From Raja brachyura (taxonomy: Eukaryota), in assembly GCA_963514005.1 (NCBI GenBank), contig OY740809.1:26412001-26476000 (forward strand): 64,000 bases of DNA, written 5' to 3'. Below, one piece after another: positions 1 through 12,530 of this stretch. The position numbers and the translations under genes were made by a program. The notes below the pieces were generated by a model. That model was given only the letters and a program-made list of their open reading frames with translations. It was not told the origin of the DNA and made no database searches. Position 1 is the first letter of the stretch. The number at the start of each line of letters is the position of its first letter.

Positions 1-99
1 CTAATGTGACTACACCACTGCCAGCATAAGCTCTGAACACAGTGTGACAAAGCTGGGAACAGTGTGTGCTGTGAAAAGCACAATAAAAGGCTCGGGAGG

Positions 100-932
100 G
101 GATGTCCCCAGACAGACAAAGAGAATGGGCAAGAAACTGACAAATGTAGTACAATGTCGGAAAATGTCAGGTCGTGTGCTTGGACAGAAAATGAATAGTA
201 ATGGTGAACAATGAAAGATTTAGGGATTTTGCTGTGATTATAATACAAATCACTGAAGCTAACATGCTATGCAGAAGGCAATTAGGAGAGTGGGTTGGTC
301 TTGATTACAGAGAGGATCGGAGAAGCTCGTTACTCTAATTACAAAGAGCCCTGGTGTGATCTCATCTAGAATATTGTGTCCAGGTCAAATCTCCCTGTGT
401 AAGAAAGGGTATACTTTTAGTAAAGGGAGTGCAACAGAATGGATGAGATTAGTTCCTTGGATGGCAGGTTTGTTTTGTGAAGAGAAATGTAACCAATCAA
501 AGCCTTCGTTCTCTAGCGTTTTAGAAAAGGAGAGGTGATCTGATTAAAACACACAAAGTTCCTACTATGGGGCATGACAGGATCGATCGCAGCTACCACC
601 CCGGCTGGGGTGTGGAAAACCGGGATCTGGATCTCATTCTTGGAACCAGTCGCAGAATAAGGGGTCGATCATGTGGAAGTAAGGAAACATTTATTCTCTC
701 AGAGAGTAGTGAATCTTTGGACTTCTGACCAACTAGGGCCGTGGAGTTGCTGAATATATTCATGACGGGGATCAATAGATTTTTAGATAACAAAGTAATC
801 AATCAAGGAATATGGAGATAGTGCAGTAAAGTGGCACTGATATCAAAAGATCAATCAACCATGAACCTATTGAAAGGCAGAGGGTCCAGAGGAGCCCAAA
901 GGCCCACTCTTGCTTCTGTTTTGTATGTTCTT
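100..932 (+). mobile_element. Degenerate CR1 LINE 3' fragment
   Basis: Decayed similarity to the better-preserved CR1 copies in this window (for example 42050-43013) and a CR1-type tail ending gtatgttc. Confidence 0.6.
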
Positions 933-990
933 GTGTACAAAGATGATCAAAGCAGGAAGCTTCAGTGGAATAAATTGCTGTGTTTTCCAG

Positions 991-1196
991 ATACGCTGTG
1001 ATCGCCTATGGATGTGCATGCTGCCCAAAGATCTCCTGTGGGCGGGATGGCTGCGGCACTGAGTTCTGCTACCATTGCAAGCAGCTCTGGCACCCGAATC
1101 AGACCTGTGACAATGCTCGTCAACAGCGAGCTCAAAGCCTCCAGATTCACACCAAGCAAACAACGCTACTGAACTATGGCCAGGAGTCGGGCAATG
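991..1196 (+). CDS. RNF19B: RBR E3 ubiquitin ligase RNF19B-like, internal exon (IBR/BRcat region)
   Basis: ttttccag acceptor, G|gtag donor; [40 protein letters not shown]; 206 bp, phases fit the next exon. Confidence 0.93.
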
Positions 1197-1397
1197 GTAG
1201 GTCTGAGAGCAGGCACATTCCTGCAGCGTAATGTAGTGTAGCCAACATCCGTGTATACGTCCGTGTTTGATAAACTGATGTGCATCAACATTTAAAAAAT
1301 GTGATTGTTTATGATTTATTTTCACCATAGTTTCATTGCACTCGGTATTCTCAGTGTACATGAGCCATGGTTGATCTGTCATTCTCTGCTCTGGCAA

Positions 1398-1680
1398 CAC
1401 ACTGGTGCAGCGGTAGAGTTGCTGCCTCACAGCGCCAGAGGCCCGGGTTAAATCCTGACTATGGCTGCTGTCTGTATAAAGTCTTTACTTTCTTCCTGTA
1501 ACCATGTGGGTTTGCTCTGGTTTGCTCCCACATTCCAAAGACATGCATAGGTTAATTGGCTTCTGTAAATTGTCCCTAGTGTGTAGGATAGCACTAGTGT
1601 ACGGGGTGATTGCTGGTCAGCGAGGTCTGGGTGTGTTGAAGGGCCCGTTTTCTACCCTGTATCTCGAAACTGAACTAAAT
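1398..1680 (+). mobile_element. tRNA-derived SINE (elasmobranch HE1/V-SINE-like)
   Basis: A-box TGGTGCAGCGG, B-box-like GGTTAAATCC, tail ctgtatctcgaaactgaactaaa; further copies at 9108-9376, 9893-10370 and 14515-14772. Confidence 0.75.
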
Positions 1681-1826
1681 ATCCAGGAACCAAGTCCTAA
1701 TCTCCATGTTGAAACTATGTGCAGTGATTGTGTAATAACAGGGGCGTTCCACAGCCTTTAGTTTTAAGTGGATCTGGTTACGTATTCAGAGCATGAACAT
1801 TCATTTCGGCGACACTTTTTCATCAG

Positions 1827-1971
1827 GTGATGAAATCAAACCATGCCCACGATGTGGGGCCTACATCATTAAGATGAACGATGGAAGCTGCAATCACATG
1901 ACGTGCGCTGTGTGTGGCTGTGAGTTCTGCTGGCTGTGCATGAAGGAGATCTCTGACCTTCATTACCTCAG
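1827..1971 (+). CDS. RNF19B: RNF19B-like exon (RING2/Rcat with catalytic Cys)
   Basis: catcag acceptor, AG|gtagg donor; [47 protein letters not shown]; 145 bp. Confidence 0.96.
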
Positions 1972-2342
1972 GTAGGAGTCTGCCAGCGTTGCTTAAAGTT
2001 GTGTTCTGGGGTTTGAAATGTTGCAAAGTTGATTTTTTTTGGTTGTATTTATTTTTAATGTTTACGGCGATGCCAGCCATATGTTCCACCCTCCCTCCAG
2101 CGGCTATTGACAGTATTGTCAATATTCTGTCCCACATGACATTGGGAAAGTCTGCTTACAGCAGTGTGCCAGCCAGCTAGTTGAGGGTTCGGCACAGTAA
2201 ACCCTCGTAATCATGGATTTTGGTTATGGTGGACTCGCTCTTTAAGCACACAGGCTGTTAGTTGCACTGCAGAAGCTATTTAAATTGGCACGGCACTGAA
2301 ATTGACGAGGCACTGAAATTGACAAGCAATTGCTCTGATTAA

Positions 2343-2663
2343 TGGGCCTGTCACACTTTTTCAGCGACTGCCAGTACCCGTCATAGGTCTTTGCAGGTCA
2401 CCGAAAATTTTCAACATGTTGAAAATCCAGCGGCGACCAGAACAAGGCACGACTCTTCGGGAGACTAAACACGACCATACAGGCTTCACCCCGCGACATG
2501 TCACCTGTATGGTTATGTGTAGTCTCCTCCGTCGCCCAAAGAGTCGTAGCGTCTTTCTGGTCGCAGCTGTATTTTCAACATGTTGAACATTTTCGGCGAC
2601 CTGCAACGACCTATGACAGGTGCCCGCAGTCGCTGAAAAAGTCGCGTAGGTGGGACAGGCCCA
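2343..2663. mobile_element. PIF/Harbinger-type MITE, almost fully palindromic
   Basis: TIR TGGGCCTGTC(A/C)CAC...GTGGGACAGGCCCA; TAA on both sides (2340-2342, 2664-2666); arms of about 140 bp. Confidence 0.8.
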
Positions 2664-3737
2664 TAACATTTAACTCTATTTGAGCAATTTAACAAACAGC
2701 CTTTAGTATTTTTAGCTTGCAGTAACAAAGATACATTTTTAGCTGTCAAAAAACTTTGTGTTTGAAAACAACTCTCTGCTTCACGGAGTGACCTGTTCGA
2801 TAGTTGGAGTGATTCCCTTGGTTACTTTATTGTCACATGTCCCAAGGTAAACTGAAATTCTGTCCAGTGAAATCCTGCAGTTCTTTGTTTCTACTACTAA
2901 TATAATGATTCTCTTGTTATTTGGTATTCCCTTACTCGGTTATAGTGGACAATCAGCAATACCGGACACCATTCTCCCCCCACGACCCTTTCAAACGAGG
3001 GTTTACTGCATTCCCATTGCTGCTACTTCTCCCCTTGGCTCCTACTGAATTCTTGTTCTGCAATCACTCAGCATGAACTGGTACCAGAGTGTGCGTTATT
3101 CAGCACTCTTCAGTCCTTTACCTTTGTTAGGTGGTCTCAGAGCAAATACTGAGAATGTCTCTTAGATGTCCTCACACAGTCAATTTATCTGTAATAAATT
3201 GGACCCTCATCTCTCTCAACAGAAGTGTTATCCTAATTGCATTCTCCCTTTGTTCCCTATACCTCACCCGGAGTAACCTCCAACTTCCCTCATTCCCATA
3301 TCCCACCCAGTCTGATCCCATTGTGACCTGTTCTTCATCTTATCCCCACTGATCCCTGCCCGCTCATTCCATTGTCACATCCTCCTTGGTGCCACCCGAA
3401 TCGTTCAAGGTGACACCAAGATTGGATTTTTTGTCGCCCAGGGTTGGTTTGATCATATAAGGCTGATTAGTCACCCGAAGCACTGGCTGTGTTTTTGCTT
3501 TTTAATATAACTGTTTGGCTGCCATTTTAGCATCTTCATCCAATTTGGTTGTGCACTGTCCTCGAACTGTGCTAATGCTGCCATCTAGCTGCAGCTGATG
3601 GATATGTTTTATACAGGACCATATCCCTGTTTGCAGGTGGCATTACTCTTGTAAAGTGATATATGGCATTAGACTAGCTTGGCATTGGCCTCGTTCTTTG
3701 ACCTTGTTGAAATGGTTTATTCTGTTGCCATTTTCAG

Positions 3738-3900
3738 CCCATCTGGTTGCACGTTTTGGGGAAAGAAGCCATGGAGCAAGAAGAAGAAGATTCTCTGGCA
3801 GCTTGGCACACTGATCGGTGCTCCAGTTGGCATTTCCCTCATTGCTGGGATTGCTATTCCTGCCATGATCATTGGCATCCCAGTTTATATTGGCCGTAAG
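3738..3900 (+). CDS. RNF19B: RNF19B-like exon (first hydrophobic/TM segment)
   Basis: ttttcag acceptor, AAG|gtaagg donor; [54 protein letters not shown]; 163 bp. Confidence 0.96.
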
Positions 3901-4257
3901 GTAAGGAAAACCATTAGAAAGTATCTCTGCAGCATCTGTTAAGATGTCTTTGCCCCCTGAATCACACCAATACCATAATTGTGATAATTATTGTGAGTAA
4001 CTGTTGTCTACAGACAGAGGGAGCTGCTTCTCTTGTCCACTGTAAATTCAAAATAAAGCAAGCAATATATAAGTTGATTTGTTACTGTACTGTCTGCTGT
4101 TAATTCATAAGGATCTCATCTACTTGGTAACATGTTAGTTCTGGGTGCGCTATCCTTTAAAATAGGAGAAAATTAAACCAAGCCATTCTTTATGAATCTT
4201 GCATCTTCTTCTTTGAAGACTATTTAAAAGGTTGAACATTTTGCTCCTGTTCTCTAG

Positions 4258-4372
4258 GTTCATAGTCGCTACGATGGAAAAAAGACTTCAAAGCACAAAA
4301 GAAATCTGGCCATCACCGGAGCGGTTACCTTGTCAGTCATTGCTTCTCCTGTGATAGCGGCAGTCAGCGTAG
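4258..4372 (+). CDS. RNF19B: RNF19B-like exon (not in ORF track)
   Basis: tctctag acceptor, G|gtaagg donor; manual translation [38 protein letters not shown]; 115 bp. Confidence 0.95.
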
Positions 4373-4919
4373 GTAAGGTCCAATTCTCAGGCTGAGACGG
4401 ATCCTCTGGCAGATTTGTGTAACGGGACCACATTGCTGGAAAGCCAACGCATAGTTCACATAAGATTTGTAAATTTATGTAAATGTGTTATCTTGTATGA
4501 CAAGATTAAAAATCCAGGCCATTTTATCATATCAGTTTTCAGATACTACATTAGATTGGCAGCAATCTGTCATGATGTTAGTGTGTTATGAATGAATGAA
4601 TACTTTATTGTCACATGTGACAAGTCAGTGAAATTCTTTGTTTGCATACCCAAGGTATGCTAATAGTCCCCACATAAAGGGGCTGATAAAGTATACACAG
4701 TATCTGCGCCAGGTCCATCTTTGTTCTTACCCCATCTCCCACCCCCCCCCCCCCCTCATGACGGCCCCCCACACCGGGTCCTCCATGGTTCATTGTTCTT
4801 CCCCCCCACGCCGGGTCCTCATTTCTTCCTTCCCTTGGCAGACCGGCTTTATCAGTGTTCATTGTGCAATGATCATGCATTACATGATCATGCATAAGAA
4901 TATCCATAGGTAACGTGCA

Positions 4920-5225
4920 AAACACAAAGTGCTGGACTAACTCAGTGGGTCAGGCAGCATCTGTGGAGGGAATGAATAGGTGATGTTTTGGGTTGGGACC
5001 CTTCAGACTAATTGTGGGGTTGGGCAGAAAGCTGGGAGAGAGGAGGCAGGACAAAGTCTGGTAGGTGATGAGTATTGCCTGCCATGTTTTGTCCTGTCTC
5101 CTCTCTCTTCTCTCTCTCCAAGATTTCTTTCCATCTCCCCACACCCCTACCATCAGTTTAAAGAAGAGTCCAGAGTGTTCTCCAAAGATGCTGCCTGACC
5201 CGCTGAGTTACTCCAGAACTGTGTC
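4920..5225. mobile_element. Inverted pair of Penelope-like terminal repeats (foldback)
   Basis: acacaaagtgctggactaactcagtgggtcaggcagcatc ... gatgctgcctgacccgctgagttactccagaactgtgtc. Confidence 0.65.
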
Positions 5226-5949
5226 ATTTGGATGCTGCTCTTATTGCAACCAGCCATGAATTTGAGATAAGCGAATTTTCCATTGCAAGACCAAGCTTTC
5301 TCCCACACTCATTTGACTAGCTAATTGTGTCAACTCCAAATGCGTATATGTCCGGCATCAAAGGAAGCCACTCCTCTGTGCTTCGGCCAGCAATGATTCT
5401 CCATTAGATGTTCATTAAGGTTTCTCCTTGGGATGTAGTTCTTGTGTCACCATCACCTGCCATTACTGGAACAAACAACCATTGTGCCAAGGAGTTTGGA
5501 TTGAGTCTGCTGATCCTCATCCTCTACATTAAATATATATACAATTTCAACTTTTTACAAAGTGGCTGATCTAGCTTCAATAAACCTCAATTTCTGCAAG
5601 ATGTATTTTTAACTTGTAAATGTATTCTTCCTTGAAGGACACAAGTGAAAATGTAAAAATCTGTCACTGGCCATGCAAATATTTGAGTACCAATGATTAT
5701 CTCAGCTAGATAATTAAGTTTTGCAGTATCTTTATCAACACAGAACGTGGGAAATTACTAAATCTGCTGATACTACTTTTATTTTTTTCACTAATATGCT
5801 TAGAAAGCCAGGTGATTTTGATTTTAAATCATTATAAATTTAAATCGGCATTCTTCCAATCATCCCAATCCATTAATTATGATGCAACAGGTGTCTTTGC
5901 AGTATTTTTTTCATGAAATATTTCAATCTGTGGTCTACTTTCTCCCAAG

Positions 5950-6090
5950 GAATTGGAGTTCCCATCATGCTGGCCTACGTCTACGGAGTGGTCCCGGTGT
6001 CACTTTGCCGCGGTGGGGGCTGCGGTGTCAGCACGGCCAGTGGCAAAGGAGTGAAGATCGACTTTGATGAAGATGACGGGCCAATTACAG
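5950..6090 (+). CDS. RNF19B: RNF19B-like exon
   Basis: tctcccaag acceptor, ACAG|gtaact donor; [46 protein letters not shown] matches RNF19B as I recall it; 141 bp. Confidence 0.95.
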
Positions 6091-6585
6091 GTAACTACAG
6101 TGCAAACACCTGTGCAGCCACTCTAGAATAAATGTTAAATATTGCATTGAATCAAAAAAAAAGCATGGAAACTGGCCCTTCAGTGCACTCCTCCACGCCG
6201 ACCATCGATCACCCATTCACACTAGTTCTATGTTATCTCACTCTTGCATCTACTCCTTACACGTTAGGAGCAATTTACTTGTTACATGTTAGTTCTGGGC
6301 GTACTGGAATGAAAGGAATGGAGTGTACTGGGTGTACTGGGTGAAAAGAATGGAGGGTTATGGTCTGAGTGCAGGTAGATGGGACTAGGTGAGAGTAAGT
6401 GTTCGGCACGGACTAGAAGGGCCGAGATGGCCTGTTTCCGTACTGTAATTATTATATGGTTATACACTACCCTTTAAAATAGGAGAAAATGAAACCAAAT
6501 CCGCACGTCTTTGGGATGTGAGAGGAAGCCCAGAGCTGGCAATCACAGAGAGCATATCATCTCCATACAGACAGCCCTAGAGATC

Positions 6586-6721
6586 TACTTCTTGCGTATG
6601 GCGTGCACAGCCTAAAGTTGTAGGACAACTCGTTCTATTTGATTGTGCACGCCAGGTTGATTGCATTCGTCGAAACAGGGCGGACCACGTGAAGGTTGCA
6701 ATCTTTCCCCCTGTCCCCCCC
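6586..6721 (-). mobile_element. Ribozyme-headed non-autonomous retroposon, copy 2 (inserted in a SINE)
   Basis: TSD AGAGATC (6579-6585 and 6722-6728); minus strand GATTGCA-ACC-TTCACGT-GGT-CCGCCCT-GTTTCGA-CGAA-TGCAATC, then a TGGCGTGCAC/GTGCACGCCA hairpin and a CAAGAAG tail. Confidence 0.78.
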
Positions 6722-6984
6722 AGAGATCAGGATTGAGTCACCATTTCCTGGGATAACTGGGATGTATCAGGAAACGGCTTTTCCAGGAGGGCTTGACATA
6801 TGTGCATATACTTACAACTGTTTCGAGTTATCAGTGTAGATGTTTGTTCAACCCTGTGTGCTGCCTGGTGCACTGGTGTGGTTATGCTTTTGTCCACATT
6901 TATTAATTATCTGTGTGGCTGTGTGTTGTTTGACTCTATGTACCTGTGGTGTTCTACAGGCAAGAATTTCATTGTACTTGCACC

Positions 6985-7211
6985 TTACTTGTGGAATTCC
7001 CAGCCACAGAGGGCAGTGGAGGCCAAATCACTGGTTGGATTTAAGAGAGAGTTAGATAGAGCTCTATGGGCTAGTGGAATAAAGGGATACGGGGAGAAAG
7101 CTGGCATGGGTTATTGATTGGGGACAATCAACTATGATCACAATGAATGGCATTGCTGGCTCGAAGGGCCGAATGGCCTCCTCCTGCACCTATTTTTTAT
7201 GTTTCTATGTT
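6985..7211 (+). mobile_element. CR1 LINE 3' end
   Basis: LWNSQPQRAVEAKSLVGFKRELD...GYGEKAG followed by a tatgtttctatgtt tail. Confidence 0.85.
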
Positions 7212-8164
7212 AAGACATCAATGTGTGCTCTAAGAATGGAGTGTATCCCACCTAATGGTACCATTAATTCCACATCAGACCCACTATTACCTTTCACTGT
7301 GAACCACAAAAAACTGGATGTTGCATTTTTAAATGCCTATATAGCCACAGTGAACATAACATGAGGAACCCCAAAGTGAGCTTCTAAACAAGAAATGTTG
7401 GTAACTATGATGGAGTGTGTGCAAGTGTTGAGACTTAATAAAAGTCATGCAGGTCACAACTTTACTTTAAGTCTCAAAAAATTTACACTTAGATGTGCTG
7501 TGACCGAATGTTACCCAACATCTGGTTCAGGAGCAACTAGTTTCCAACAAAGGTCAGGTTCTTGAACCAGCCCACACATCCTTCATCCCACCTTGACAAC
7601 AATACTACAAACCACCTCTTGCACTAGCGTGGACATTTTTTTTTGCTCAGTGATACAAGGAACTGCAAATGCTGGCTTTCAAAAAAATACACAGACTGCT
7701 GGAGTAACTCAACGGGTCAGGCAGCATCTCTGGAGAAGCACTTTGTGCCATTTTATATATTTTTAAAATTGTGTTTTTTTATGAATGTCTTATTTTTTTG
7801 TTATCGCGCAGAATTATACCTGTAACTTATGCCTAGTTTACATTTGTTGTGTTGTTTGCGTCTGTGTGCCTGTGGTGCTCTGCAAGCAAGATTTTAATTG
7901 TATCCACACTTCACTGTACGTGTGCAAATGATAATAAACTCCGCTTGTTCTGACGTGGACAACGTAAATTGTACTGAATAATAACGAGGGATATTTGCCA
8001 TTAATTAATTTTTTTAATTGACAAAATCTTTTCTGTTTTCAAAATCGCTGCTTTCATGTCATGTGTTAGGAGCAGAATTAGGCCATTTGGCCCATCAAGT
8101 ATATTCAATCATGGCTGATCATCTCTCCCTCCTAACCCCATTCTCCTGCCTTCTCCCCCATAAC

Positions 8165-8626
8165 ATTCCTGGGATGTCAGGACTGTCTTATGAACAAAGA
8201 CTGCATAGACTCAGTTTATACTCTCTAGAATTTAGGAGATTTAGAGGGGATCTTATAGAAACTTACAAAATTCTTAAGGGGTTGGACAGGCTAGATGCAG
8301 GAAGATTGTTCCCGATGTTGGGGAGGTCCAGAACAAGGGGTCACAGCTTAAGGATAAGGGGGAAATCTTTTAGGACCGAGATGAGAAGGACTTTTTTCAC
8401 ACAGAGAGTGGTGGGTCTCTGGAACTCTCTGCCACAGAGGGTAGTTGAGGCCAGTTCATTGGCTATATTTAAGAGGGAGTTAGATGTGGCTAAGGGGATC
8501 AGAGGGTATGGAGAGAAGGCAGGTACGGGATACCGAGTTGGATGATCAGCCATGATCATATTGAATGGCGGTGCAGGCTCGAAGGGCCGAATGGCCTACT
8601 CCTGCACCTAATTTCTATGTTTCTAT
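8165..8626 (+). mobile_element. CR1 LINE 3' end, nested in an inverted CR1 tail
   Basis: IPGMSGLSYEQRLHRLSLYSLEFRRFRGDLIETYKIL...LWNSLPQRVVEA; tail ttctatgtttcta. Confidence 0.9.
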
Positions 8627-8872
8627 TCCCTGCCTTGCCTTTCTCTTTCCCGGTTCTGATGAAAAGTTCCAGACGTGGTGTTAACTCTGTTTCTCTTTCC
8701 ACATATGCAGCCTGACCTGCTTAGTATTTCCAGCATTTTCTGGGGGTTTTTCTTCACGGTTTTAAACTCAGTTTTTCATCATCTGCAGTATTTGTTTTTA
8801 ACACGACTTTTCTATGCTCGCCTGTGATACTCTCTCCTCCTATCTCCCATTATTATTTTTGTTTCCTCTCAG

Positions 8873-9080
8873 TTGCTGATGCATGGCGAGCTCTGAAGAA
8901 CCCCAGTATCGGAGCTAGCAGTGTTGAAGGGCTGACCAGTGTTCTGAGTGCCAGTGGCAGCCCCATTGACGGCGTCAGTGTAATGCAGAGCAATTGCAGC
9001 GACACGGCCAGCTTTGCAGCGTTATCGGGAAGCACACTGGCTGGAGGAGTGCTGATGGGGAGCAGCGGACAGCACGACAG
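8873..9080 (+). CDS. RNF19B: RNF19B-like exon
   Basis: ttcctctcag acceptor, AG|gtacag donor; [38 protein letters not shown]...TASFAALSG; 208 bp. Confidence 0.94.
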
Positions 9081-9107
9081 GTACAGCTTGACGCGATTTT
9101 GCTTTCC

Positions 9108-9376
9108 TTTTTAGTTTTAGAGATGCAGCATGGGAACAGACCCTTCGGCCCATCAAGTTCATGCCAACCAGCAATCACTCGTACACTAGGGACAATATAC
9201 AGAAGCCAATTAACCTACAAACCTGTATGTCTTTGGAAGGTGGGAGGAAACCGGCACACCTGGAGAAAACCCACGCGGACACAGGGAGATAGTACAAACT
9301 CTGTACAGACAGCACCCGTGGTCAGGATTGAACCCGGGTCTTTGACACTGTAAGGCAGCAACTCTACCGCTGCGCT
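9108..9376 (-). mobile_element. tRNA-derived SINE just downstream of an RNF19B splice donor
   Basis: Reverse complement of the 1398-1680 family (gcagcaactctaccgctgc). Confidence 0.75.
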
Positions 9377-9892
9377 ATCATGCCGGCGTGAAGCTTGATT
9401 TAAAAAAAAATATGGGTATTGGGCAATAGTGTAGGGGGCAACATATGCTGCACTTCAAACCAAGGGTGAAAGTCGCCCAAGAGATACAAGACATGACGAT
9501 GAACCAGTTGCATCCTTTAACACTTATGTCATCAGGTCTAGGGTTTTCCCTTGGACTAGTTTCATAACAAGAAGAAAGCAACATGACATAGTCTTTTACA
9601 GAGCGACAATAGTAATAACAACATCCAAAATGATTTGCAGGAACATAAGGTACAAAATAGAAAGATGACTGAATCCTTGCAATCACAGCTCGGTTTCAGA
9701 TTGTTAAAATTGACAATACTTCTTCCTATTTGCCACTGGTGTGCAGTGCCCACAGGGAATTGTGGAGCAAAATCAGATAGGCATCATTTATCTAGAGAGC
9801 AGAGTGACTGTGGTCCCTTTATCAGGTTCTACACTAGGCTTTGGTAGAACTGTATCTTTTGTGGATTTTTTTTCTTCTCCAACATTCTGAGT

Positions 9893-10370
9893 TTAGCTTA
9901 GAGAAACATTGTGGAAATAAGCCCCACTGCCCACCGAGTCCATGCTGACCAGCGATCATCCATACATTAGTTCTATCTTACATACTAGGGGCAATTTACA
10001 AATGCCAATTAAACTACAGACATGCAAGTTTAGTTTAGAGATACAGCACGGAAACAGGCTCTTCGGCCCAACGAGTCCGCACTGACCAGCGATCCCCACA
10101 CACTAACACTATCCTACACACACTAGGGACAATATACATTTGTACCAAGCCAATTAATCTACAAACCTGGTCATCTTTGGAGTGAGGGAGGAAACTGAAT
10201 ACCCACCCCTAAGTCTTTGGAATGTGGGAAGAAACCAGAGCACCCAGAGAAAACTCACGCGGTCACAGGGAGAATATACAGACGCCATGCAGTCAGCAGC
10301 CGTTGTTGGAATGGCACCTTTGTCTCAGGCGCTGTAATGTAGCAACTTCACCTCAGTGTCAGTGTGCTGC
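9893..10370 (-). mobile_element. Nested SINE-in-SINE
   Basis: Two (ttagt/ttagag) tails at about 9893 and 10028, with duplicated SINE bodies. Confidence 0.65.
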
Positions 10371-10673
10371 CCATTCTGGGATGCTGCAGATTAAGACAAA
10401 TAGAAAGATATCATTCAATGGATCAAATGGTCTACTCTTGTCATATTGCAATGCAGAAGGTATCCTGCAATTTTGTGGAAGGATTCTGTTATCAGCTAGG
10501 CTAGCAGTTGTGTATGGAATATTGCATGCTGCCCCATCTGATATAATAAGACATTCTCTCGACAGGTTAATTCTTCCAAATTGTAGTTGCTTTGTAAAAT
10601 TGAATCACAAATGATTTTTTGATTTGATAACAAACCCAGACTCTACGTGATGCAATGTATGTTTTTTTTACAG

Positions 10674-10808
10674 GCTGGACACTCAAGCTGACATTCAAAA
10701 AGGAAACAAATTGCATAAAGACTCCATCAGTCTAGGGGCAACCAGTGACAATGCCAGCACCAGGGCTATGGCTGGTTCTATCATTAGCTCCTACAACCCA
10801 CTGGACAG
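10674..10808 (+). CDS. RNF19B: RNF19B-like exon (not in ORF track)
   Basis: ttttttacag acceptor, AG|gtgagc donor; [44 protein letters not shown]; 135 bp. Confidence 0.94.
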
Positions 10809-11099
10809 GTGAGCTACGTAGCATTCCTTAATGATCAGAGGAGAATGTAAACGACACTGTAACTGACAAGTCTTCCCGCAAGTGCATGTAATTGGAGTTG
10901 TTTGAAAAAGAGTTTAATGCTGAAAATCGATGACCAACACCCATCCTGAAAGCACTTGCAGTGCTACAAAGCCTTTCTCAACTTTCAGCTTATTCCAAGG
11001 TGCTGTACAGACAACGAAGTAGTTTGCGGCTCAAAGTCATGATATAGGGAACAGCGGTCAATTTGTGAACAGCAGACATCAAAATAATACAGTAGGATA

Positions 11100-11885
11100 T
11101 AGATCAGTTACAGATATGTTTGGAGAAATGGCAAATGGAGTTTAATCTGTGTGTGAGGTGTTGCACTTTCGGAGGACAAATGTAATGGGAATGTATACAA
11201 TTAGTTGCAGATACCTTAGCATTGATGTACAGAGGGATCTTGTGGTCCAAGTCCGTAGCTTTGTGAAAGTCGCAACACAAGTAGATAGCAGTAAAAAGGA
11301 CGGGGCATTGAGTGTAGGAGTCATGTTGCAACTTTTGGTTAGGCCGCCTTTGGAGTCATTTGCGAAGTTCTGGTTACCACATTATAGGAAGGGTGTGAAG
11401 GCTTTGGGGAGGGTCTAGAAGAGGTTTACCAGGAAAATTGTTGCAAAATTAGAGGATATTAGCCACTAGGAAAGGTTAGACACACATTGGATTGTTTTCT
11501 CTGGAGTGTTGGAGGCTGAGTTGAAACCTGATTGAGGTATGTGAGATTGAGAGGCATAGGTAGGGTAGACAGTTATACTTTATTTTATTTTTTTCGCCAG
11601 TGGGGGAATGTCACAGACTAGTAAGCGGAAAAGGGGAAAGTTTGCAGGAGATGTGTGGGGTAAGCATTTTACCCAGAGAATAGTAGGTGCCTGGGAAATG
11701 CTGCCAGGGTCGATGATGGAAGCAGATATGACAGTGGCATTTCAGAGGCTTTTAGAGAGACACATGAATATGGAAGGATATGGATCACAAGCAGGCAGAA
11801 GTGATTAATTGAATCTGGCATCATGTTCAGGCAGACATCGTGGGCCGTAGGGCCTGTTCCTGGGCTGTACTGTTCTAGGTTCTGG
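11100..11885 (+). mobile_element. Degenerate CR1 LINE 3' fragment
   Basis: CEVLHF...QRDLVVQV and FTQRIVGAWEMLP motifs; CR1 tail gggcctgttcctgggctgtactgttct. Confidence 0.8.
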
Positions 11886-12530
11886 AAGGGGGGGAGGGGG
11901 GCGGAGGGAGTAGCTCTAAGAAAGGTCATACTTTAAAGGAAAATATATTCACATTTATAGATAATGACTGGGACCGATTGTTAGTTTGCTGGTTTAATTG
12001 GCAATCTTTCAAACCTCACATTTATTGTTCGTGGCCGTCTCTGCTTCTGTGTTGAACAGTGTTTTAAAGGAATAAAGCCTTAGGCAAGTTCCAAAATTAA
12101 TAGTTGTAAGGATAACCTTTAGTGAAACTCAGAAGAAGATTGAAGGAAAACAGTCAGCTGTTGTCTTGTACAAGTCAACCAAGTTGATGACCCAAGATGC
12201 AGAAACAAATCATTCATTTGTATTAACTAATATGATTCTGCAGAGACCAAAGGTGCATTGATGAATGTATAGCCATAATTAGGAGGAAAAACCAGCATTC
12301 AGATTTAGTTGTTTCAACCTTCCATCTTTAAAAAATGGAGAGAAACGAGACATAACTTGTTCAGACTGTTACACCCCTGAACTGCTGCCTCATCTTGTTA
12401 GATATTGGATTTGTTCAGGACATTTATTGTAACCGGTTGAAACTCCCAAAAGAAGCAACAAAAGCCACTGAGCAGTTAATTAGTAACTCAGCACTTTAAA
12501 CTGAGTAATTAATATTCATTTTTATTACAG

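Noticed and set aside
1010-1030. Extra cysteine (CACCPK versus CASCPK as recalled for human) in the RNF19B IBR region
   Set aside because: A single substitution; significance cannot be judged without an alignment.
867-1430. 187-aa minus-strand ORF
   Set aside because: Antisense shadow of an RNF19B exon plus SINE sequence; no recognisable protein.
1400-1465. tRNA-like A/B boxes
   Set aside because: Head of a multi-copy SINE, with no complete cloverleaf.
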